DNA from: an uncultured Alphaproteobacteria bacterium
Lineage (GTDB): Bacteria > Pseudomonadota > Alphaproteobacteria > Rhizobiales > Xanthobacteraceae
DNA: 64,000 bases
Assembly (NCBI GenBank): GCA_963807015.1
Contig: CAWEAS010000013.1
Span: forward strand, 175,897-239,896
Reading direction: 5' to 3'
The notes under the pieces are model-generated. The model saw only the letters and a list, made by a program, of their open reading frames with translations, was not told where the DNA came from and made no database searches. Below are positions 1 to 9,814 of the stretch, in pieces. Numbering within the stretch: the first letter of the stretch is position 1; every line of letters begins with the position of its first letter. Both the position numbers and the translations under genes were made by a program.

Positions 1-283
1 CGGTAACGGCGTTCTGGAAGTCAACGCTCGCGATGCCCGGGACGGGCGCGCCGTTACGCTCGAGACCGGCGACTGCCGGTAGTTCGGTCTGCGGCGCCGG
101 CCGGCCGATCAGGGCGGACGGAATGCGCGAGGAGTCACCGGCAAAGAGGCGCATATAGAATAGCGCTGCTAGTCCGAGGAACAGCACCAGCGGCAGCACC
201 ACCAGCAAGCGGCGGTTGATGCTTGACGGCGGCGGCGAAGTCGTGTCCGACGGCGCATTGTCGGGTGAGGATGTCACGCTCAT
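1..283 (-). CDS. ccmG: Thiol:disulfide interchange protein CcmG/DsbE (CycY), N-terminal part; the gene runs off the window edge
   Basis: Minus-strand translation gives [14 protein letters not shown]...[21 protein letters not shown], a membrane anchor. The ATG overlaps the ccmD stop (ATGA). It sits in the ccmABCDG cluster. Confidence 0.7.
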   Translation of the reverse strand, partial: MSVTSSPDNAPSDTTSPPPSSINRRLLVVLPLVLFLGLAALFYMRLFAGDSSRIPSALIGRPAPQTELPAVAGLERNGAPVPGIASVDFQNAVT

Positions 284-471
284 GCCAGTTCCTTCACTTC
301 GGATCGCCGCGGCTCCGCGGATCGGCGGGTAATGCCGCGCCGGTCAAGCTCGGACAACGCGCGCCGCTGCGCTGCATAATCGATCGTCACCCACGCGATG
401 AGGAGCGCCACCACCACGATCGCCGCGACATACGACGCGATGATGAAGTCCGCGTGAGGTCCGAGGTCCAT
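280..471 (-). CDS. ccmD: Heme exporter protein D CcmD (CycX)
   Basis: 63-aa protein with a single TM helix, lying between ccmC and ccmG. Confidence 0.7.
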   Translation of the reverse strand: MDLGPHADFIIASYVAAIVVVALLIAWVTIDYAAQRRALSELDRRGITRRSAEPRRSEVKELA

Positions 472-492
472 GGCTTCAGATCTCCCGCGCGA

Positions 493-1224
493 TCATGCCG
501 GCGCGCGCTCGGCCTGGGTCAACAGCAACGCGCGGACCCGGCGACGCAAAATTTCGTTGCGCATCGCCGCGAGATGCAAGGTGACGAACAGGAGCGTGAA
601 GGCGACCGCCATGACAAACAGCGGCATCAGCATGCTCGAATCGATGGTCGAACCGCCCATGCGGAACACAGAGGCCGGCTGGTGCAGCGTGTTCCACCAG
701 TCGACCGAGAATTTGATGATCGGCAGATTGATGGCACCGACGAGCGTCAGCACGGCGGCGGCGCGGCCGGCGCGTGAGGGGTCGTCGACCGTGCGCCACA
801 GCGCGATCAGGCCGAGATACATCAGGAACAGCACCAGCACCGAGGTCAGCCGCGCGTCCCACACCCAGTAGGTGCCCCACATCGGCCGGCCCCATAGCGA
901 GCCGGTGACGAGCGCGAGAAACGTGAAGGCGGCGCCGAGCGGGGCGGCGCATTTTGCCGCCACGTCGGCGAGCGGATGGCGCCACACCAGCGTGCCGAGC
1001 GCCGCGACGCTCATGACCCCCCACACGAACATGCACAGCCACGCATTGGGCACGTGGATGAACATGATCTTGACGGTCGCGCCCTGCTGATAATCGTCCG
1101 GCACGTAGTAGACGCCGCGCAAACCGATTGCGAACGCGATCAGCGTCGCCGCGGCAAGCCACGGCAAAACGCGCTCGACCAGCGCAACGAAGCGGGTCGG
1201 GTTGGCGAGATCAATCAGCGGCAT
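493..1224 (-). CDS. ccmC: Heme exporter protein C CcmC (CycZ)
   Basis: 243-aa polytopic membrane protein with the WGxxWxWD tryptophan-rich motif (WGTYWVWDARL). Confidence 0.9.
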   Translation of the reverse strand: MPLIDLANPTRFVALVERVLPWLAAATLIAFAIGLRGVYYVPDDYQQGATVKIMFIHVPNAWLCMFVWGVMSVAALGTLVWRHPLADVAAKCAAPLGAAFTFLALVTGSLWGRPMWGTYWVWDARLTSVLVLFLMYLGLIALWRTVDDPSRAGRAAAVLTLVGAINLPIIKFSVDWWNTLHQPASVFRMGGSTIDSSMLMPLFVMAVAFTLLFVTLHLAAMRNEILRRRVRALLLTQAERAPA

Positions 1225-1309
1225 GGCGTCACTCTCATGGCCTTTGTCTTAGTCCGCGGGCAGTAGTGAGGCAATGCGGCGCCGGCGCCCAGCCAACGGG
1301 CCGTCCGGT

Positions 1310-1978
1310 TCATTCCAGCACGTGCCGCAGCGTGGCGGCGGCGGCGAAAGGTCCGATAACCGCACTCATCAGCGTGAGCGCGCACAGAATCGTGAACGGG
1401 GTTTCGAACGGCATCGGGCCGACGATCGCTGCCGTCGACGCCGCCACCCCGAAGATCAAAACCGGAATCGTCAGCGGCAGGACCAGGACCGGCAGCAGCA
1501 GGCCACCGCGGCGCAGCGCACTCGCAAGCGCCGCGCCGATTACGCCAGTGAAGGTCAGGGCAGGAGTGCCGACGAGGAGCGTCAGCGCAGTCGCAGCGAG
1601 AGCCTTCGGCTCCAGATTGAGAAAGAGACCGAGGATCGGAGACGCGACGACGAGCGGCAGCCCGGTCGTGACCCATTGGGCAAGCGCCTTGGTGGCGATC
1701 GCGAGTTCGAGCGGCGGCCGCGCCATCAGGATGAGATCGAGCGAGCCATCCTCCTGATCGTTGGCGAACAACCGGTCGAGCGCGAGCAGCGATGACAACA
1801 GCGCCCCGAGCCACAGGATTGCCGGTCCGATCCGGCGCAGCAGCGTGAGGTCGGGTCCAAGGGCAAACGGCACCAGGATCACGACGGCGAGAAAGAAGAG
1901 CACGCCCATCATGGCGCCGCCGCCGATCCGGACGGCAATGCGGGCATCACGTGCAAACAGGGCGGCTAGCGCAGTCAT
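1310..1978 (-). CDS. ccmB: Heme exporter protein B CcmB (CycW)
   Basis: 222-aa membrane permease. Its stop overlaps the ccmA start region. Confidence 0.85.
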   Translation of the reverse strand: MTALAALFARDARIAVRIGGGAMMGVLFFLAVVILVPFALGPDLTLLRRIGPAILWLGALLSSLLALDRLFANDQEDGSLDLILMARPPLELAIATKALAQWVTTGLPLVVASPILGLFLNLEPKALAATALTLLVGTPALTFTGVIGAALASALRRGGLLLPVLVLPLTIPVLIFGVAASTAAIVGPMPFETPFTILCALTLMSAVIGPFAAAATLRHVLE

Positions 1979-2670
1979 GTCGTCGCGCGCGCCATGGCAA
2001 GCAGTGCTTCGTCCACAGTGGAGGCCAGGCCCACGGCTGGGACAACCCGGTCGGCCCCTGCTCCGAGCCTCAACTCGCTCGCGGCCTCGAGGCCGAGCGG
2101 CCCGTGGGTCGCTGCCACGACGATGCCCCCGCCGCCGAGATGGTCAAGCATCAGCTGGCGCAGACGGCCCTGGGAGGCATCGTCGAGCGCCGCGGTCGGC
2201 TCATCGAGCAGCCAGATCGGCCGCGGCGCCGCCAGCACCCGTGCGAGCGACAGCCGCCGCCGCTGGCCGGCGGAGAGATAGCCGGCCGGCAAATCGCCAA
2301 GGTCCGCAAGCGCGGTTGCGGCGAGGCTCCGCTCGATGACATCGGCAAGGCCGGCCGTCGTCTTGCCGTTGAGGAAGCGCGCCCAGAACGATAGGTTCTC
2401 CTTGACCGTCAGGGCGGGTTTGAGCGGATCGACATGGCCGACGTAATGGGCCTGTTCGCCGACATTCAGCTCAGCATCCCCGCCATCGAACGTGATCGCA
2501 CCCTCCGCTGGGCGTATGAGCCCGGCGATCATCCGCAGGAGCGAGCTTTTGCCCGCCCCGTTTGGGCCCGTCAGGACCAGAGCCCGGCCGGCCGCGACGG
2601 AGAAATTAATCCTAGAAAACACGTGCCGGCCGCCGCGGATGCAGGCGAGGTCGTAACCGGACAGGTTCAT
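1975..2670 (-). CDS. ccmA: Cytochrome c biogenesis ATP-binding export protein CcmA (CycV)
   Basis: Walker A motif GPNGAGKSSLLR, ABC signature LSAGQRRRLSLAR and a Walker B motif. Confidence 0.9.
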   Translation of the reverse strand: MNLSGYDLACIRGGRHVFSRINFSVAAGRALVLTGPNGAGKSSLLRMIAGLIRPAEGAITFDGGDAELNVGEQAHYVGHVDPLKPALTVKENLSFWARFLNGKTTAGLADVIERSLAATALADLGDLPAGYLSAGQRRRLSLARVLAAPRPIWLLDEPTAALDDASQGRLRQLMLDHLGGGGIVVAATHGPLGLEAASELRLGAGADRVVPAVGLASTVDEALLAMARATT

Positions 2671-2915
2671 TGCGGCAGTCCTGGATGGTCCGTTGGATGG
2701 AGAGGCGGCATTTGCAGAGAGGCGCCTGATTTTTTTGCATCTTGGGCTTGTTCAAAACTATCGTGCATATGGCAGAACCGGGGAAATGCCCTTATAGACT
2801 GATGGTTAAGACGCTTTACGGGCGAACCCGCGCGCTCCCGCGCGCGACCGGCGATCCGTTAGCGGTCAGGCCGGCCGCAACGGCACCGGCGATCTTTCCG
2901 GATGGAAACCCACAA

Positions 2916-5622
<2,707 letters not shown>

Positions 5623-5770
5623 CGATGCCGGGCGTCGCCTGCCGCACATTTGCGTTAACGTCAATGGACTTCGGCGGGCGAACTGCTAGCTTTCACTCCG
5701 ATGTGAGTAGCCGGTGAACGCGCCCCGACGTATGGGAAGGTGACGGCTGGCCTTGGGGAGGAAATCGGAA

Positions 5771-6508
5771 ATGACGACCGCGCGCGTCCTCATCGGCTCG
5801 ATCGGTGCAGCTCTCATTGTTGCCGCCACCTCTGCAGGTGCCGAAACCCGCGCCGTCGTTGAACTCTTCACCAGCCAAGGCTGCTCATCCTGTCCCGCCG
5901 CTGACAAGGTACTCGCCGAGTTGCGCAACGATCAGACAGTCGTGCCGCTGACGCTTTCGATCGATTACTGGGATTACCTCGGGTGGAAAGACACGCTCGC
6001 GATCCCCGGTCACACCAACCGCCAGAAGGCCTACTCGCAGATGCGCGGCGATCGCGAGGTCTACACGCCGCAAGTCGTCGTGAACGGCGTCGTCCAGGCG
6101 CTCGGCAGCGACCGCGCCGAGATCGAAAAAGCGGTCGCCCTCAGTCACGATAAGAAGGAAACGCTGACGGTGCCGGTCGCTGTTGCCATTGCCGACGATC
6201 GCGTCGCGGTGACGTTGCCGAACGGCAGCGGCGAGCCGATCTCGGGCGAGGTCTGGCTGTGCCCCATCAGCCGCATGGTGCAGGTCGTGATCGGCCGCGG
6301 CGAAAATCGCGGGCGCACGATCACCTACACCAATGTCGTGCGGCGCTGGGTGAAACTTGGCATCTGGTCCGGCAAGAGCGAAACGCTGACCGTACCGGTC
6401 GACGCCATCAAGTCCGCCGGAGTCGACGGCATCGCCGTGCTGCTGCAGGAAGGCAATGCCCAGCACCCGGGCGCGATGCTGGGTGCGACCGTCGCCGCGA
6501 TCCGCTGA
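5771..6508 (+). CDS. DUF1223 thioredoxin-like secreted protein
   Basis: Signal peptide followed by the FTSQGCSSCPAAD motif. A GGAGG RBS precedes ATG 5771. Confidence 0.7.
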   Translation: MTTARVLIGSIGAALIVAATSAGAETRAVVELFTSQGCSSCPAADKVLAELRNDQTVVPLTLSIDYWDYLGWKDTLAIPGHTNRQKAYSQMRGDREVYTPQVVVNGVVQALGSDRAEIEKAVALSHDKKETLTVPVAVAIADDRVAVTLPNGSGEPISGEVWLCPISRMVQVVIGRGENRGRTITYTNVVRRWVKLGIWSGKSETLTVPVDAIKSAGVDGIAVLLQEGNAQHPGAMLGATVAAIR

Positions 6509-6564
6509 CGCGACGTTGAGCTGCCCGCCGAGGGGCGGCCGTTAGGTTCCTGACAATTCGACCT

Positions 6565-6665
6565 GTAGCCCGGATGGAGCGGTCGTTCTTGCGACCGCGC
6601 AATCCGGGGCGGCGTGACGATTGGAAATGGTGTCCCCGGATTGCGCTCCGCTCCATCCGGGCTAC
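6565..6665. repeat. REP-like nested imperfect palindrome (Bradyrhizobiaceae interspersed repeat)
   Basis: Outer arms gtagcccggatggagcg / cgctccatccgggctac. Inner arms gcgcaatccgggg / ccccggattgcgc. The same motif recurs at 49910-50079. Confidence 0.8.
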
Positions 6666-6700
6666 GAATTTGGCGCCGTTGATTGCGGAAACTCGCGCAC

Positions 6701-6733
6701 GAAAAAAAGCGGGCCGGAAAACACCGGCCCGCT
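6701..6733 (-). terminator. Rho-independent terminator on the minus strand
   Basis: On the minus strand, the hairpin GCGGGCCGG-tgttttc-CCGGCCCGC is followed by TTTTTTT. Confidence 0.7.
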
Positions 6734-6900
6734 CAAATGGAGGTTGATCAAAAAGCTGTACTCAAAAAACTGCCTGGGTCCGGTCCAAAGAAGCCCGGGG
6801 GGCTGGGGGGCTGAGGAATCCGAACTCGCATCGAACCGGACCCTGAGGCATCTTTGTTATCTCAAGCGACGGCGACAGCGCCACGGCTGAATTTTGGCGG
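6734..6900 (-). ncRNA. Candidate small RNA (intergenic, minus strand) ending at the 6701-6733 terminator
   Basis: No credible ORF on the minus strand. A strong intrinsic terminator lies about 60 nt inside an intergenic region. There are internal G-rich and T-tract segments, and a weak -10 (cataat) near 6915. Confidence 0.25.
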
Positions 6901-7060
6901 TATTATGAATCACCTAACGAATGCGTGATTGAGCCGGCGCCAACTCGCTCATCCTTGCTCTCAACCAAGGTCACGTCGCGACCATCTGCAGCGTTACGAA
7001 ATGCTTGCCGTCGGCGCGGATTCGGAGCGATCATGGCGGCAGCGTGAAAGGAGGCGCCCG

Positions 7061-7432
7061 ATGACCACCGGCGATACCGAACCCAGCCAGTCTTCGGGCG
7101 GCGAACGGGCGGGTGGAGCTCCGCCTGCCGCCGCCCGTGTAACATTCGATCGGTGCGAGCTCGACCGCATCCTGGGGCTTTACGGGCGCAAGGTGGCCGC
7201 GGGCGAGTGGCGCGATTACAGCATCGATTTTCTCAAGGATCGCGCGGTGTTTTCGGTGTTCCGCCGCACCAGCGAGGTTCCGATTTATCGCATCGAGAAG
7301 AACCCCAAGGCGGCGCGACGCCAGGGCGCCTACAGTGTGATTTCGGCGACCGGTCTCATCCTGCGGCGCGGTCATCAGCTTGATCGCGTCCTGCTCGCGA
7401 TCGACAAGTCCCTGAGTCTCGTGGCGAATTGA
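7061..7432 (+). CDS. DUF2794-like small conserved protein
   Basis: An AGGAGG RBS lies 6 nt before ATG 7061. The conserved segment FDRCELDRILGLYGRKVAAGEWRDYSIDF is present. Confidence 0.5.
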   Translation: MTTGDTEPSQSSGGERAGGAPPAAARVTFDRCELDRILGLYGRKVAAGEWRDYSIDFLKDRAVFSVFRRTSEVPIYRIEKNPKAARRQGAYSVISATGLILRRGHQLDRVLLAIDKSLSLVAN

Positions 7433-7438
7433 TCGGCG

Positions 7439-7729
7439 TTAGGAGGGAGCGGCTCCCGCGCCGAGCGGGTGTCGCATCAGCGCCGTGTCGAGCCAGCGGC
7501 CGAACTTGAAGCCGACCGCCTCGAAGGTGCCGACCATCCGGAAGCCCGCACCGCGGTGCACCGCGACGGACGCTGCCTGCGCCGAATCGCCGATCACCGC
7601 GATCATCTGGCGAAAGCCGCGATCAGACGCCTCGGCGACGAGCTTGGTGAGGAGCGCGCGGCCGATACCGCGGCCATGAAAGTCCGGCGCGATGTAGATC
7701 GAATCCTCAACCGTATGGCGATAAGCCAC
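7439..7729 (-). pseudogene. GNAT N-acetyltransferase, C-terminal remnant only (phosphinothricin acetyltransferase-like)
   Basis: The 96-aa ORF holds only the C-terminal acetyl-CoA-binding half (RGIGRALL...HRGAGFRMVGTF). No N-terminal half exists upstream. Confidence 0.6.
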
Positions 7730-7792
7730 GCGAGTGCGGTAAAGCCCGGACGCAACGCGTCAGGTCAAAACTGAGATGGCTGTTTGCCTCAT

Positions 7793-7825
7793 ACAAAAAA
7801 ACGCCCCGGGTTGCCCCGGGGCGCC
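7793..7825 (-). terminator. Rho-independent terminator downstream of BI-1 gene 1
   Basis: On the minus strand, the hairpin CGCCCCGGGG-caa-CCCGGGGCG is followed by a T7 tract. Confidence 0.75.
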
Positions 7826-7853
7826 GCGCGTTGCCAGGCGCTCGTGCAGCGGA

Positions 7854-8615
7854 TCAGCGGCGGTCGCCGAAGAACCGCAACATGAACAGGAACATATTGA
7901 TGAAGTCGAGGTAGAGGCTCAGGGCCCCCATCACCGCCTTGCGGCCGGCGACGGTGCCATCATCCATGGGGCTGAACATCTCCTTGATCTTCTGGGTATC
8001 CCAGGCGGTCAACCCGGCGAAGATCAGCACGCCCATGACCGAGAGCGCCCAGTCAAGGCCCGACGACTTCAGGAAGATGTTGACGAGGCTCGCGATGATG
8101 AGGCCGAACAGGCCCATGATCAGGAACGAGCCCATGGCATCGAGGTTACGCTGGGTCGTGTAGCCGTAGAGGCTCAGCGCGCCGAAAGCGGCGGCGGAGA
8201 TGAAGAACACCCGCGTGATCGAGGTCGTCGTGTAGACCATGAAGATGGTCGCGAGCGAGATGCCGAGCAGCCCCGCATAGACGAAGAACAGCGTGCGCGC
8301 CGTCGACGCCTGCAGGGTCTGTATCCGGAAGCTCATGAAGAACACGAGCCCGAGCGGAATCAGCATCACGACCCACATTAGCGGCGTGCCGAACAGGGCA
8401 TGGCCGAGCGGGGTCAAACTGGTGATTGCGCCGGCCGAATTCGTAACAACCGACATCTGGAAGGTCAGCCAGGCGAGCGCACCCGTAATCGCGACGCCGC
8501 CCGCCATATAGTTGTAGACGCGGATCATGTGGGCCCGCAGGCCCGCGTCGTAGGCGACCGCGCGATCGGTCCCTACGCCGCGCACCGTGGCATAGTTCCG
8601 GTCGAAATCCGACAT
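7854..8615 (-). CDS. Bax inhibitor-1/YccA family membrane protein (paralog 1)
   Basis: Seven-TM protein of 253 aa with a C-terminus typical of the BI-1/TMBIM family (...DTQKIKEMF...ALSLYLDFINMFLFMLRFFG). Confidence 0.85.
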   Translation of the reverse strand: MSDFDRNYATVRGVGTDRAVAYDAGLRAHMIRVYNYMAGGVAITGALAWLTFQMSVVTNSAGAITSLTPLGHALFGTPLMWVVMLIPLGLVFFMSFRIQTLQASTARTLFFVYAGLLGISLATIFMVYTTTSITRVFFISAAAFGALSLYGYTTQRNLDAMGSFLIMGLFGLIIASLVNIFLKSSGLDWALSVMGVLIFAGLTAWDTQKIKEMFSPMDDGTVAGRKAVMGALSLYLDFINMFLFMLRFFGDRR

Positions 8616-8811
8616 TGAAGGGTCCTTTCGTACGCCCGAGAGGCCTGCGGGCGCCAGGGGCGGACGGAAAGTTCCGCGACCGCCGTCTGGAGGCGAATTT
8701 AATGCGTATCTGATCCGCCGTGAAGATGGTTGCGGCGAATTAAGTTAGTGCCCAGTAGCGTCCTTTGGCCGCTTACAGAGCACTCCGCCAACGCTTCGCC
8801 CACCCTGCCGC

Positions 8812-9636
8812 TCACTCCTCGCGCTGGCCGAGAAGTTCAAGCAACATGGTGAATAGGTTGATAAAATCGAGGTAGAGCGAAAGCGCCCCGGTCACGGCCG
8901 CCCGCTCGGCCGCTTCGCCATCCATCGCACCATAAAGGTACTCGTTCTTGAGGCGCTGGGTGTCCCAGGCGGTCAGGCCCGAAAACACGCCGACCCCGAC
9001 GACGGAGACGACCCATTGCAGCACCGAGCTCGCCAGGAACATGTTCACGATGCTTGCGAGGATGACGCCGAACAGCCCCATGATCAGGAACGAGCCCATC
9101 CCGCCGAGGTCGCGACCGGTCGTATAGCCCCACAATGACAGCGCGCCGAACGACGCGGCGGTGATGAAGAAGACCCGCACCACCGAGGTCTGCGCGTAGA
9201 CCATGAACACCGCGCCGAACGAGATGCCGATCAGCGCCGCGTAAATCCAGAACAGCACTTGAGCAGTCGAGGGACGCAGGCGATCCCCGCCAAAGCTCAA
9301 TCCGAACACCACCAGCAGCGGCGCCAGGATCACAAGCCATTTGAGCGGGCCGACGAACAACGAATAGCCAAGCGGCGTGAGATAGAGATGGCCGGACAGC
9401 CGCGCCGGGAGGTCGGCGCCGCCGCGCATGGCCTTCGCCGCGGCCGCCGGATCCTCGGTCACCGAAACCATGTAGATGGCAAAGGCCGCGATCGCGGTGA
9501 TGACGAGGCCAAGCGCCATGTACCAATAGATGCGCAGCATGTAAGCGCGCAGGCCGGCGTCGATCGCAGCAGCCTCGGCGCCGCTCACGGCGCCAGCTAC
9601 GGGCATCGACATCAATCGGCGATCGACCTCCGCCAT
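8812..9636 (-). CDS. Bax inhibitor-1/YccA family membrane protein (paralog 2)
   Basis: Paralogous to 7854-8615: same length class, and the AWDTQ...ALSLYLDFINLF motif is conserved. Confidence 0.85.
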   Translation of the reverse strand: MAEVDRRLMSMPVAGAVSGAEAAAIDAGLRAYMLRIYWYMALGLVITAIAAFAIYMVSVTEDPAAAAKAMRGGADLPARLSGHLYLTPLGYSLFVGPLKWLVILAPLLVVFGLSFGGDRLRPSTAQVLFWIYAALIGISFGAVFMVYAQTSVVRVFFITAASFGALSLWGYTTGRDLGGMGSFLIMGLFGVILASIVNMFLASSVLQWVVSVVGVGVFSGLTAWDTQRLKNEYLYGAMDGEAAERAAVTGALSLYLDFINLFTMLLELLGQREE

Positions 9637-9814
9637 GAATCCCTCGGAAGCGCGGGCGGCAAACGCGACAACGGGAGCATCTCCCGTTCCTCGGCCCTCT
9701 GTGCGTAAGTGGCAGAGGTTTACGACATCTCAATGGATCAGGTGGGCGTCACCTTACCGCAGTGCGGGAGATGCAGCGCGACCGATTGTCGCGAAGGCGG
9801 CCCATATATCTTTT

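Noticed and set aside
223-2394. Multiple overlapping ORFs across ccmC/ccmB/ccmA (e.g. 223-777+, 476-1162-, 1128-1757+, 1761-2339+)
   Set aside because: They are alternative-frame artefacts. Only the ccm frames give membrane and ABC protein features.
6621-6890. 89-aa ORF (MEMVSPDCAPLHPGYEF...) and similar ORFs over the REP elements (49624-49965, 49932-50114)
   Set aside because: These translations are characteristic of REP palindromes read as protein (…PDCAPLHPGYE…). There is no RBS or start context.
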